The position numbers and the translations under genes are program-made. The notes under the pieces are model-generated. The model saw only the letters and a list, made by a program, of their open reading frames with translations, did not search any database and was not told the origin of the DNA. Shown in pieces: positions 1 through 9,919 of a stretch of 64,000 nt of DNA (position 1 is the stretch's first letter; every line of letters starts with the position of its first letter). Source of the stretch: Verrucomicrobiota bacterium (GTDB taxonomy: Bacteria > Verrucomicrobiota > Verrucomicrobiia > Limisphaerales > UBA1100); contig JAOLZA010000004.1 in the NCBI GenBank assembly GCA_028343615.1, positions 8,697 through 72,696 on the forward strand. Reading direction: 5' to 3'.

Positions 1-32
1 GTCACACGGAGCCTACACTGCGGGGTGGTGGC

Positions 33-893
33 TTGGCGACGGTGCTGTTAGTGGCGGGCGCGGTGGCAGCGTGGGTGTGGCCGATGGATCGATTGATCGC
101 GCAAGCTTGGCTGGGCGGATTGGCATTACTCGGCTTTGTTTCGTGGCGCGACGATCGGCACGGTGTGCCGGTGGCGGTACGGATTTGTATCCAAACGCTG
201 GTGGCGGTGGGCGTGGTGCTAGCCATCACAGGTCGTGCTGCGCCGGTAGAGTTGATTTTGTTTTCGGTGTTCGCGCTGGTCGCATTTATGAATTTTGTAA
301 ATTTTATGGACGGCATCAATGGGCTTGTGCCTGGTCAGCTCGTGCTGCTGCCCTTGGGCGCGGCGTTGCTTTTTGGCGTGGCGGGCGATGTCACTCCGCT
401 ATTGATCGCGCTAGTACTGGCGGGCGCGCTGGCGGGATTTTTGCCTTTCAACTTTCCCCGCGCGCGGATGTTTCTGGGTGATGCGGGCAGTGTCCCATTG
501 GGGTTTTCGTGCGGCGTATTATTAATGTGGATGGCGGTGACGGCTACTGATTTTGATTTGTACAAAACCTTGGCAGTGCTGCCATTTTATTTTTATCTTG
601 AAGGATCGTTAACAGTCATTCGGCGTCTGTGTCGTGGAGAAAAATTATCGCACGCACATCGCGAGCATTTTTACCAACGCCTCATTCGCTCGGGTTGGAG
701 CCACGCGCGTACCACCGGCTGGGTGTGGGTCCTACAAGTTGTTGTCATTCTGTTGGCGTGCTGGAAAATTAGAGTGGGTTGGCGGGTGGAATATTTGTGG
801 CTGGCGGCCGGGCTGGTATGGGTCGGGTTTTTTGCTTACGCTGAAACAGCATTCCGGCGAAGCCAAGATGAGCACGCGGAGGACAGAAACTAA
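33..893 (+). CDS. Polyprenyl-phosphate sugar-1-phosphate transferase, glycosyltransferase family 4 (WecA/WbpL/MraY-like); probably 5'-truncated by the window edge
   Basis: Multi-TM protein with FMNFVNFMDGINGL and MFLGDAGS motifs typical of the MraY/WecA family. The frame stays open back to nt 3, so the TTG at 33 may not be the true start. TAATG overlap with the next gene at 891-895. Confidence 0.8.
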   Translation: MATVLLVAGAVAAWVWPMDRLIAQAWLGGLALLGFVSWRDDRHGVPVAVRICIQTLVAVGVVLAITGRAAPVELILFSVFALVAFMNFVNFMDGINGLVPGQLVLLPLGAALLFGVAGDVTPLLIALVLAGALAGFLPFNFPRARMFLGDAGSVPLGFSCGVLLMWMAVTATDFDLYKTLAVLPFYFYLEGSLTVIRRLCRGEKLSHAHREHFYQRLIRSGWSHARTTGWVWVLQVVVILLACWKIRVGWRVEYLWLAAGLVWVGFFAYAETAFRRSQDEHAEDRN

Positions 894-2743
894 TGTCTCT
901 ATTGCAACCACCCAATTTGTCACGCGGTCAGCGGTTTGCGGCGTTGCTAGTGCTGTACCTCGCGGTTCTATCGTCGGCTACTTGGTTGGCGTACGGGTTG
1001 CGGTTTGATTTCGCTGTACCCCTGAATCACCAACGACACGTTATCGAAATTTGGGTGTGGGTGTGGGCGTCAAAACTGCTGGCGCTCGCGGTGGCCGGAC
1101 AATTTTCCAGTTTGCTTAGCTTCTTTAGTTTGCCGGATTTGAAACGGCTTGGCTTGGCGTTGGGCGTAGTGACATTTGGGCTTTTTGGCCAATGGTACGC
1201 GGTGGATGTGGTGGGCGAAATGTCACGTGGGGTGATTGTACTCGATGGCATTTTGAGTTTTCTTGGGTTGGCGGCGTGTAGATTGGGCTTCCGGTTGGTA
1301 CGGCAGGGAACGGGAAGCAGAGGTGTGCAGCAAGCGGGCACTTGCGTGGCGATTGTGGGTGCTGGCGAAGTGGGCGCGGCGTTGGCACGGGAATTGCAAA
1401 GTAAAGCCACACTACGACCGGTGGTTTTTTTCGATGATGCTAAACGCAAACACGGTACGCAAATTCATGGGGTGCCGGTGGTGGGCGCGGCGGAAGATTT
1501 ACGTGAAAGCAATGGGGGCAATGTGTTTGGTGTGGACGAAGTGATTATTGCGATGCCATCCGCGCCGGGTGCGCGGGTGCGAGAAGTGGTTGAGTTGCTG
1601 GATGAATTGGGTTTGCGTTGCCGGACGGTTCCCTCGATGAGCCAGCTGGCGGTGGGTGATATGGTCACGGCATTACGACCGGTGGAGATTGTCGATGTGC
1701 TCGGTCGTGAGTCGGTGGATCTCGGCACGGAAACGGTGCGGGAATTTTTGGAGGGTAAAACCGTGCTAGTCACCGGCGCGGGCGGTAGCATTGGCTCGGA
1801 GTTGTGCCGTCAACTCGCCCATCTTGGGCCGACCAAATTGATTTTGGTGGAGCGTTCGGAATTTCAGTTATTTGAAATCTACTCAGAGATCGGAAGCGCT
1901 ATCAAAGCCATTCCTGAGTTGATCGACGTGCAGGATACACCCGCGATGGTTGCTGCGTTGGAGCGTCATTCGCCTGATGTGATTTTTCACGCTGCTGCGT
2001 TCAAGCACGTGGCGCTGATGGAACGCCAACCGGGGGTGGCTATTCGCAACAACGTGCTGGCCACGCATCGACTCGCTGCCGAGGCGGCGAAACACGGCGC
2101 GGGGCGGTTCATTTTGATTTCCACTGACAAAGCGGTGATTCCTTCCTGCGTGATGGGTGCCACCAAGGCGTTGGCCGAGCGAGTGCTGCAAGGGCACGCG
2201 TTGGAGGGCAGTGCCACGCGGTTTATTTCGGTGCGGTTTGGAAATGTGCTCGGCTCGTCAGGCAGCGTGGTTCCGATTTTTCAAAAACAAATCGAACTGG
2301 GCGGGCCGGTGACGGTGACCGATGCGGCAGTGACGCGGTTTTTTATGAGCATTCCCGAAGCCGCCGGCTTAGTGCTACGCAGCGCGGCGATGGGCGCGGG
2401 CGGCGACCGGTTTATTTTGGATATGGGCGAACCCGTACGTATTGCGGAATTAGCGGAGGATATGATCCGACTCACCGGTCGTGAACCGGGAACGGACATC
2501 GCCATCGAATTCATAGGGCTTCGCCCGGGCGAAAAACTGCACGAAGAACTTCACACGGCCGATGAACAATTGACCAACACCGATCATCCAAAAATTCAAC
2601 GCATCACCGGCGCGGCCCTGACCGCAACGGATTGGCGAGTACTGGAAACCGCTCTGCAACGGGGCGGTAATTTTGATGATGACGCTGCGCGTGCGTGGCT
2701 GTGTGAGTTACTTCCGAACTACAAACCAACTTCGTCCGAATAG
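893..2743 (+). CDS. Membrane-anchored nucleotide-sugar 4,6-dehydratase/epimerase, CapD/PglF/WbpM family
   Basis: N-terminal hydrophobic segments followed by two Rossmann motifs (VAIVGAGEVGAA; VLVTGAGGSIGSELCRQL), STDKAV and MGATKALAE (YxxxK-like region). Architecture is typical of CapD/WbpM. Confidence 0.85.
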   Translation: MSLLQPPNLSRGQRFAALLVLYLAVLSSATWLAYGLRFDFAVPLNHQRHVIEIWVWVWASKLLALAVAGQFSSLLSFFSLPDLKRLGLALGVVTFGLFGQWYAVDVVGEMSRGVIVLDGILSFLGLAACRLGFRLVRQGTGSRGVQQAGTCVAIVGAGEVGAALARELQSKATLRPVVFFDDAKRKHGTQIHGVPVVGAAEDLRESNGGNVFGVDEVIIAMPSAPGARVREVVELLDELGLRCRTVPSMSQLAVGDMVTALRPVEIVDVLGRESVDLGTETVREFLEGKTVLVTGAGGSIGSELCRQLAHLGPTKLILVERSEFQLFEIYSEIGSAIKAIPELIDVQDTPAMVAALERHSPDVIFHAAAFKHVALMERQPGVAIRNNVLATHRLAAEAAKHGAGRFILISTDKAVIPSCVMGATKALAERVLQGHALEGSATRFISVRFGNVLGSSGSVVPIFQKQIELGGPVTVTDAAVTRFFMSIPEAAGLVLRSAAMGAGGDRFILDMGEPVRIAELAEDMIRLTGREPGTDIAIEFIGLRPGEKLHEELHTADEQLTNTDHPKIQRITGAALTATDWRVLETALQRGGNFDDDAARAWLCELLPNYKPTSSE

Positions 2744-2787
2744 AGCGCTTCAAAAATTCCAATGAACTTACCGCACCGGAGGTGTGC

Positions 2788-3888
2788 TTATGCGCAAAAT
2801 GTGCTGACGGATTGAGTGACTTCGGCGACTTGGTCTTCGGTCATTTCGGGAAAGACGGGGAGACTGAGGACTTGATCGGCGAGTTGCTCGGCGACAGGGC
2901 AGGTGGCGGTTGGGAGATAGGCGAAGCAGGGTTGTTGGTGGAGAGCTTCGGGATAATAAATTTCGTTACCGATTTCGGCGGCGCGCAGGTGGGCGGCTAG
3001 GGCGTTGCGGCGCTCGCGGTTGGGGAGGCGGACGGTGAATTGATTCCACGAATGGCCGGGCGCGGCGGCGGGTAGGATGAGGTCGGGGGTGCCGGCGAGA
3101 AGGGATTGGTATTGCGCTGCATTGCCGGTGCGAAGGGCGATCCATTCGTCTAGCTTGGTTTGTTTCACACGGAGCAGTGCAGCTTGGAGTTCATCAAGAC
3201 GGAAATTGCCGCCGACGTGGGCGTGATGATATTTGGGCTGCATGCCGTGGTTGCGTAGCACGCGGGCGCGTTCGGCGAGGGTGTCGTTGCTGGTGGTGAG
3301 CAGACCGGCATCGCCTAGTGCGCCGAGGTTTTTGGTGGGATAAAAACTGAACGCGCCGAAGTCACCCATGCCGCCAACGGGGATGCCTTCCCACGTGGCG
3401 CCTTGTGCTTGCGCGGCGTCTTCGATTATGTGTAGCGAGTGCGCTTTGGCGAGTTGACCAATGGCGGTCATGTCGGCGGCTTGTCCAAAAAGGTGAACAG
3501 GGAGAACGGCTTTGGTGCGTTCGGTGACTTTGCCGTGAGCGTCCTCGGCGTTGAGGTTGAAAGTATTCGCGTGGGAATCGACGAACACCGGTGTGGCACC
3601 CGTGCGCGCGATGCTGCCGGCGGTGGCGAAGAAAGTGAAGGACGGGCACAACACTTCATCTCCCGGCCCAATACCGAGGCTCATCAGCGCGAGCAATAGT
3701 GCATCCGTGCCGGAAGAAACGCCAATGCCGTGGACGGTGCCACAGCACGTGGCGCTTTCATTTTCAAAAGAAGATACTTCCTCGCCAAGAATATACCGGC
3801 CTGAATGTAGTACGCGCGTGAAGGCATCCTGAAGCTCAGCTTCCAGTGCGAGGTTTTGGGCAGCAACATCAAGCAATGGAACGGCCAT
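2788..3888 (-). CDS. DegT/DnrJ/EryC1/StrS-family PLP-dependent sugar aminotransferase (PglE/WbpE-like)
   Basis: FSFYPTKNLGALGDAGLLTT (PLP-lysine motif), SGTDALLLAL and LRNHG. I moved the start to the internal ATG (MAVPLLDV, cat at 3886-3888), because the longer ORF to 4002 would overlap the stop of the upstream gene at 3906. Confidence 0.85.
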   Translation of the reverse strand: MAVPLLDVAAQNLALEAELQDAFTRVLHSGRYILGEEVSSFENESATCCGTVHGIGVSSGTDALLLALMSLGIGPGDEVLCPSFTFFATAGSIARTGATPVFVDSHANTFNLNAEDAHGKVTERTKAVLPVHLFGQAADMTAIGQLAKAHSLHIIEDAAQAQGATWEGIPVGGMGDFGAFSFYPTKNLGALGDAGLLTTSNDTLAERARVLRNHGMQPKYHHAHVGGNFRLDELQAALLRVKQTKLDEWIALRTGNAAQYQSLLAGTPDLILPAAAPGHSWNQFTVRLPNRERRNALAAHLRAAEIGNEIYYPEALHQQPCFAYLPTATCPVAEQLADQVLSLPVFPEMTEDQVAEVTQSVSTFCA

Positions 3889-3905
3889 TAGGAAGTCGTG
3901 CCGGT

Positions 3906-6900
3906 TTAGGGCTGCGTGTTGATTTGCTGCGAGGTGCCGTTTTGATCGGCCGCTGTGATGAGGCGGATTACGCGCGGGTTGGTAGCATTCACGTCGGCCC
4001 AACTGGAATTGTTATCACTGATATAGGTGTTGGTGATTGAGATTTGCGTGCCAGTGCTGTTGAACGTAATGCCAGCGGGTGGTGCTGCGGGGTCGATTGT
4101 GGATGTGATGAACACAGTGCCATTAGAGTCTGGGTCAGTAGAATTATCCTCGAAACGAATGGTCTTCACGCCGAGGAAGTTGCTGCCGTTGATGACGAGG
4201 TTACCTGTGCTGAGGTCGTAGGTATTGCTGCCACCATCGTAGCCGCCACCAGCGAAAGTAGCCGCGGCGTTGCCTAGGTAAGCGGGTGTGGCACTTACGC
4301 TGAAGGTGCCACTGGAATTATTGTCACTCACCACGATGCCAAAGGGCGTAGTGATTTTCATCCGGCGGGTGCTGTTGCTCGCAGCGTCCACTAAGTTAGC
4401 GTTGGGGAAGGAGTTGGCCGCGATAGTGAATTGAGTATTGTTCACATAAGTGGCACCGGTGGTGGTATCAATGCTGGTGTTGGCTGCGATGGTATTGCCG
4501 TTGATATCCACGATTTCCACGGAGGAAATTACGCCGAGACCAGAGCCGTTGACGGTGAATGTGTTGTTGTCACGACGGTAGTTAACCGCATCTGAAGTGG
4601 AACTGGTAGTGAGCCCACTGTAGCTGGTGTACTTGGGGGGCACGCCAACATAGAAACGCTGATCCTGTGCTGTGTAAACCGTGGTGCGTGGGCCGGTGAG
4701 GGCAAAACGGCGGTAGAGAGAATTGGCGCTGGAGTCACCGTCGCTGCCATTGAGGAATTGCGCGGTTTGGGTATCGATGACAATGGAGTTGTCGGTCACG
4801 GTTACGCCCGGGTTTGGCAGTGTAACAGCGGGCGTGTTGGACAGTGCACTGCCGTTTTCATCCACCATCACAATAGCGTTTACATTCTTTAGGTTAGTGC
4901 CGGTGATGGTGACATCATCGCCAGTGGTGGCATCGCGGTTAAACGTGTTGGGTGTTGTAAAGCCCGCTACAAAAAGCACCGTGGGCTGGGCGTTTACATT
5001 AAAGGCTAGCGTAGAATTAAGGTCGGTGTTGCCCACTATGTTAAATACTTTGAATTGTTTGTCCGTAGCGTTTCCGTCCGCCTGAGTAGTGAAAAATACA
5101 TCACGTGATATTTGGATGCGCGAACCGTTGTCATCTACAGTCACACCCGCAGCGGGGAGATCTACCTTCATTACCGGTGAAAGTGAGCTGCCGTCGGTAT
5201 TGACCAATTCAATTCGATAAGCGGTGTTGAGGGCGCTGCCGTTTATGTCGATCGCTTCATCACGTCGGAAGTTGCTGTCGAGCAACTGGCCTAGTGTGGC
5301 GATCACGGGCTTGGTGGTAATATTTGAAATAAGTGCCACACTGTTGGTGGCGGTGAGTTCTGAGGTGCCGCCGCCTCTGGCCACTCGAAGTCGGCGGTAT
5401 GAACCATCGGCAATGTTGCTGTTAATGGCGCTAAGCGGCAGAACTGCCTCGGTGTCAGACCGGATCTCAAACGCAACCTCTGTGCTGTTCCCACTGGCAG
5501 GGTACACCATCGTACCATCCGATTTTTCCACGCGGAAATAAGTGAGTGTGGAGTTGCCGTCACTGGCGCCAGAGATTTGCGAGCTTTTGAAGCCGTAACC
5601 GTAAACTGTTAGTGTTTGGGTACGGTCAAAGGTGAGGTTGTCCCGGCTAGTGCCGGTGATAACTGGCAAGCCAGTGTAGATGCCAATTGTATCTGTGGAT
5701 GCGGTGCTAGCACCGAGCGTATTCCATACACGCACCGTGCGTGTGCCGGAGGCGCCCTCGGCAAGCTCATCAATAACGCCGGCCGGTATGACGATTTGTT
5801 GATGCGACTTAATAAATGTTTGAACCTGAGAACCGCTTATAGTTTGCACTACCAAGTTGCCGTTCATGATTTGAATGTGTTCTACAGAATTGAGTAACTG
5901 CCCCTCAATGGTGAGACTTTCCTGTGTGCGGGTAAGGATGTCGTCCTGTCCGGAATCATAAATTCGCGTGATGGTGGGTACGGCGGTGGCGGGAGTAAGT
6001 ACGTTTTCGAGGATATGCATCTGTGCGTCATTTGGGAAGGTCACCACATCATTCGGCCCTGGCCCTTTAATATGGCCCCACAGCGAATAAGAATCGGTAT
6101 TGCCCACCACGCTGGCTTCACCGCTCCAGATGACTTCAAATCCCTCGCCTAGTTTGGTAAAGGTGTATTGCATGGGGCCCACAATTAGACCCGGCCCTAC
6201 ATTGGTGGTGAGCACCTGCACGGGGCCCAAGTTGTTGGTGTAGTTATCAATCCAAGCCGTGCTATCCGTACGGTTGAATGCGATGGGCACACCATCAGGT
6301 GAGACCCCTAGCTCATCGGCTACAAAAATTATATCCGGTTGAAAAATTCCTCGGCCAACTGTTTGCTCGAACCAAGCTAGTGTGGGAATACCGATATATG
6401 CGGATGCCCCCGGTGTTGTATTGTTTAAGCCTGCCACATTTTGACCATTCGTGCTCACGAACCGGTCAGTCCAAATATGGTTGGTGGCAGTAAAGGTAAT
6501 GCCTAGAAATGAGTCAAAAGGCTGTTCGATAAACTGCATCTTATCCATGCCTCCGCGCAGCGCCACATCCACCAAGGCCGGCGGAGCTTGCGCCGGCAGG
6601 GAGGAAGTGATGGGCAGTCCGGGAATAATACCTGAGTTTCTACGGGGGATGAATGCACCCGTTGTGCCCGAAGGATCCGGATACTGTCGCGGACTGCCAT
6701 TGGGAAAAACGGGAATCGCATAAGTCGGAAGGAAATTAGCCGGAACTATCAGCGCCACATTGGGATCGAGATTTTCATATACAATATTGCCCTTTCTATA
6801 AAGATAATGTAGTCCGCCCGCGTCATCATAAGTGAGTGCGTGGCGTGGTTTGTACTGACCGCCCATTGCGTATTTGCCGCTGTAAAACATTCCGAACCCA

Positions 6901-7664
6901 AATAGCGTGGGCTGATCCGTCCAGTAAATCGCTGTGTTGCCATAGAACGCGTCCACGATGCCCGCTACGGAAGTCCACGCATTACCACTGGTATCGGTGG
7001 TGAATTCCTCCATGTCCGCAAAGGTGGGTGCCACGGTGAAACCCGCCGAGGGCGGCGCGTCATGAATTAACCGATAGCTATAAGTCACACCGTTGATCAC
7101 CGACGTGGGCTTGAAGGTAATGGGATCAAAATTACGGAGGCGCACATTGAAATTCAATTGAGTGCCCGCAGCGTTGGTGGTGATTGCGCGCGCACCAAAC
7201 GCATAACGGTGTGGATTGCCCAAGCCGAGCTGGTTCACCACCATGCCTAGCACGAGGCTCTTAAGGTCGATAATGCCTGCCTCTTTCGCAGTGCGATTTT
7301 CCCACGTGGTATTGTAATTACTGCGAAACCCGTGCTCTGTGTAATCCAGAGCACTTACACCCGAGTAGTCATCATTTTCGAAAAAATCATTTACAATCGT
7401 AAACGCTTCCTTAACTGCCTCGCGTCCCTCGAGCCCGAAATATTGCATGAAGCTCGCATCAAACGCGTACGTAAGCATTGGGGTATTCCACCGGAAAAAC
7501 GTCTTGAGATCCTTCGGCCCGCCCAAGTCGTCCGTATAGTTGAAGTCGATGCCGCCACTGGATACTTCAGCAACATCCATCGGGCCGATCATGACAAAGG
7601 CCCGAGCACTCGGCGTCCCCAGCAACCCCGTCACGCAGCAAAGTGCAAGCACCAGTTTTTTCAT
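3906..7664 (-). CDS. Large secreted surface protein, 1252 aa: unassigned N-terminal region of about 550 aa plus a C-terminal array of IPT/TIG-like Ig-fold repeats
   Basis: Signal peptide MKKLVLALCCVTGLLGTPSARA. The C-terminal half has a recurring pattern (VTITGTNLKNVNAIVMVDENG..., FTVNGSGLGVISSVEIVDINGN..., LVINGSNFLGVKTIRFEDNS..., IDINGSALNTAYRIELVNTDG...). Composition is T/N/S/G-rich. No HExxH or other catalytic motif seen. Confidence 0.75.
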   Translation of the reverse strand: MKKLVLALCCVTGLLGTPSARAFVMIGPMDVAEVSSGGIDFNYTDDLGGPKDLKTFFRWNTPMLTYAFDASFMQYFGLEGREAVKEAFTIVNDFFENDDYSGVSALDYTEHGFRSNYNTTWENRTAKEAGIIDLKSLVLGMVVNQLGLGNPHRYAFGARAITTNAAGTQLNFNVRLRNFDPITFKPTSVINGVTYSYRLIHDAPPSAGFTVAPTFADMEEFTTDTSGNAWTSVAGIVDAFYGNTAIYWTDQPTLFGFGMFYSGKYAMGGQYKPRHALTYDDAGGLHYLYRKGNIVYENLDPNVALIVPANFLPTYAIPVFPNGSPRQYPDPSGTTGAFIPRRNSGIIPGLPITSSLPAQAPPALVDVALRGGMDKMQFIEQPFDSFLGITFTATNHIWTDRFVSTNGQNVAGLNNTTPGASAYIGIPTLAWFEQTVGRGIFQPDIIFVADELGVSPDGVPIAFNRTDSTAWIDNYTNNLGPVQVLTTNVGPGLIVGPMQYTFTKLGEGFEVIWSGEASVVGNTDSYSLWGHIKGPGPNDVVTFPNDAQMHILENVLTPATAVPTITRIYDSGQDDILTRTQESLTIEGQLLNSVEHIQIMNGNLVVQTISGSQVQTFIKSHQQIVIPAGVIDELAEGASGTRTVRVWNTLGASTASTDTIGIYTGLPVITGTSRDNLTFDRTQTLTVYGYGFKSSQISGASDGNSTLTYFRVEKSDGTMVYPASGNSTEVAFEIRSDTEAVLPLSAINSNIADGSYRRLRVARGGGTSELTATNSVALISNITTKPVIATLGQLLDSNFRRDEAIDINGSALNTAYRIELVNTDGSSLSPVMKVDLPAAGVTVDDNGSRIQISRDVFFTTQADGNATDKQFKVFNIVGNTDLNSTLAFNVNAQPTVLFVAGFTTPNTFNRDATTGDDVTITGTNLKNVNAIVMVDENGSALSNTPAVTLPNPGVTVTDNSIVIDTQTAQFLNGSDGDSSANSLYRRFALTGPRTTVYTAQDQRFYVGVPPKYTSYSGLTTSSTSDAVNYRRDNNTFTVNGSGLGVISSVEIVDINGNTIAANTSIDTTTGATYVNNTQFTIAANSFPNANLVDAASNSTRRMKITTPFGIVVSDNNSSGTFSVSATPAYLGNAAATFAGGGYDGGSNTYDLSTGNLVINGSNFLGVKTIRFEDNSTDPDSNGTVFITSTIDPAAPPAGITFNSTGTQISITNTYISDNNSSWADVNATNPRVIRLITAADQNGTSQQINTQP

Positions 7665-7871
7665 ACTAGTCGCGGATCATTGGAAAAGGAATGCCTCTTC
7701 ACCCATCTTGGGTGCCCCATCATTGGCATGGCAACAATACTCGTGCGGGTTGTGAAAAAAACCAACACCTACCTCCTCCTCGCCGTGAGTATGCGGCAGA
7801 ATACTCACGGACCAACCCTACATTGCTCACACGGAGCCGTTAATCTGTGAACAACTTATCGGCAAGAAAAG

Positions 7872-8780
7872 CTACTCAGCGCTAATTGCCGAGCGTAACG
7901 CTACCAGATTTGCCCGCATCACCTTCAACCAATCATCCGTTCCGTTTCCGGATCGATTGGCGCACGGAGCAAAAACCACACTGCGTATCATTTGTGTCTT
8001 GAGTTCGAGCACGATAGATTTGCCCGGCACATCTTCCCAGAGCATCACTCTTGCCGGATGTGTTTTGCGCAGTACCGCCAGTTCTGTCCAGCCTTCGGCA
8101 TCGGGCATTGCATCCGGTTCCCAGTGCACGCTGCGAATTTTCAAACCATAACCGCGCGACAAGTATTGGTAGACAGGATGCGACCCCAGTAGCGGCGTGT
8201 CTCCCAAATCGGCGGCGATGCCTCGCAAATCCGCATCCAGCGAAACCAAATCACGCTGCAACCCGGCAAAATTGTTCGCGAGGGTTTCGTCGTGCGTTGG
8301 CAATAAATCGGCCAGTGCACGATGCACCGCGGCGGCTTGTTGTTGGGCTTGTTTGAAATCCAGCCAAGTAGTGAACGCCATGCCTGTGTGGCTGTGTTCG
8401 CCGTCCTTGCCGTGCCGATGTACTGTATCGGCTTTCACCGCGATGAACGCATCGCGAAACGCCGCACTGGTGTTTATCGTACGCGAACCCGGCAGTGAAG
8501 ACCACGCCGTCCATTTCGCGTACGAAGCGCCATTGAGTAGAATCAAATCGTTAGATTGAAATTCCCGGACCTCTGCATTCGTTGGTTTCCAAAATGCCGG
8601 ATCCCCCTTGATCTTCGGGAAATGCACTTCCACCAAATCGCCCGCAATTCGTTCCACAAAATACGCCAGCGGATAATTCACTACGGCCACGCGCGGCTTG
8701 CCCGATCGCTGTGCGGGAGCATTCACCGTCGGTTTGCAGCCGATCACAAAAATCGAAATGAGGATCACAAGCTGTTTCAT
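7872..8780 (-). CDS. ZnuA/TroA-like (cluster A-I) metal-binding periplasmic lipoprotein
   Basis: Lipoprotein signal MKQLVILISIFVIGC. PRVAVVNYPLAYFVERIAGD, GSHPVYQYLSRGYGL and His-rich GKDGEHSHTG resemble Zn/Mn ABC solute-binding proteins. The start at 8780 gives an ATGA overlap with the upstream permease stop. Confidence 0.7.
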   Translation of the reverse strand: MKQLVILISIFVIGCKPTVNAPAQRSGKPRVAVVNYPLAYFVERIAGDLVEVHFPKIKGDPAFWKPTNAEVREFQSNDLILLNGASYAKWTAWSSLPGSRTINTSAAFRDAFIAVKADTVHRHGKDGEHSHTGMAFTTWLDFKQAQQQAAAVHRALADLLPTHDETLANNFAGLQRDLVSLDADLRGIAADLGDTPLLGSHPVYQYLSRGYGLKIRSVHWEPDAMPDAEGWTELAVLRKTHPARVMLWEDVPGKSIVLELKTQMIRSVVFAPCANRSGNGTDDWLKVMRANLVALRSAISAE

Positions 8781-9919
8781 CCGGCAAGTGTGTTCAAGTA
8801 ATCCCGCGCCCACCCCACCGTGGTCCACGCGGCGACGAGAGCGAGAGCAAAGGCGGCGATAAAAATAATTATTAGCTCCGCCGCCTGCAAAGAATACTGC
8901 GTGCCGCGACTACAGCCCAGTAAAAAGAGCGTCTGCATTTCCCGCGAGCGGAGCCGGCGCGACAGCGCGACAATCAGCGACAGCAGCATTCCCATCGCGC
9001 CCGCTACCATCACGTAGTTCGCATCGAGAAACTGTCGCACCCGCATCACCATCCCCATCATTTCATTGACGATAACTGGCGGCTTGAGTGCCTGCAGTTG
9101 GTCGCTATGTTGATAACGGCTCAACACCATCGCTGTTTCCTTGGCGTCCATCGGTTCCACGAGAATAGCCGTGAGCGGCAGCGCGGTGGTATCGCTGTGA
9201 AAATGAAACGTACCCATATTTTTCGGCGTGATTTCCAAATACGTTTTCACCATTTTCGCGCTAAGTGAGTTCGTGGCGTTATATTTACTTTCATCATGCC
9301 CGTGGCCGTGGCCCGCGATAATCCACGCCGTTTTCACATCCACAAACACCCCTTCATCATCTGCCGTGCCTGTGGCGGAAAGCACGCCGGTCACGTTAAG
9401 TTGCAGTGGATAATCGCCCGCGAGATCAAAAAGGTTTTTGCGGTCGGTTTTCAACTTATCGCCAGGACTGAGGCTTAACTCACTCGCAGCATTAGCTCCC
9501 AGTACACAATCACCCAAAAGCATCATCGATTCGCCACGCGCCATTTGCAATTCTCGGAACTCAAAATAATCCAGCGACGTTCCGACCACCGGCTGTCCAC
9601 CCGCGGTGAACTGCACGTGCAGCGGAATCACACGTCCGTGCCCCGCATCGCGCAGCGCGGTGAATTCTCCGTGCGCCACGGTGCCCTCACTGTGCGCGCG
9701 GAAGTACAGTCCGTGCAGCACAAGATCAAACCGACTGCCGCGCGCGCCCACAATCATTGGCGTGGTCGCCGCGCGCGCGCCCAGTGTTTCGTCGAATGCA
9801 TTCGCCGCCCAATGCGTTGCCAGTGGGAGGTACAGCGCCAGCGCCACGCCGGCCACCATCACGCCAGCCGCCACACGCCGTCGCCGCAGGTACAGCCAAG
9901 CCAGCCACAAGCTATTCAT
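8777..9919 (-). CDS. FtsX/MacB-like ABC permease, atypically short (apparently 3 TM), with a His-rich periplasmic loop
   Basis: N-terminal TM (VAAGVMVAGVALALYLPL), a periplasmic domain of about 270 aa containing AGHGHGHDES, then only two further hydrophobic segments flanking RRLRSREMQTLFLLGCSRG (FtsX cytoplasmic helix-like). Overlaps the ATPase gene by 8 nt. Confidence 0.65.
   Translation of the reverse strand: MNSLWLAWLYLRRRRVAAGVMVAGVALALYLPLATHWAANAFDETLGARAATTPMIVGARGSRFDLVLHGLYFRAHSEGTVAHGEFTALRDAGHGRVIPLHVQFTAGGQPVVGTSLDYFEFRELQMARGESMMLLGDCVLGANAASELSLSPGDKLKTDRKNLFDLAGDYPLQLNVTGVLSATGTADDEGVFVDVKTAWIIAGHGHGHDESKYNATNSLSAKMVKTYLEITPKNMGTFHFHSDTTALPLTAILVEPMDAKETAMVLSRYQHSDQLQALKPPVIVNEMMGMVMRVRQFLDANYVMVAGAMGMLLSLIVALSRRLRSREMQTLFLLGCSRGTQYSLQAAELIIIFIAAFALALVAAWTTVGWARDYLNTLAG

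Noticed and set aside
7785-7808. An 8-bp-stem hairpin (gtgagtat-N8-atactcac) downstream of the ZnuA-like gene.
   Set aside because: On the minus strand the T-run lies about 30 nt after the hairpin, not adjacent to it. It may be a weak terminator or a regulatory element for the giant-protein gene, but the support is too thin for a feature call.
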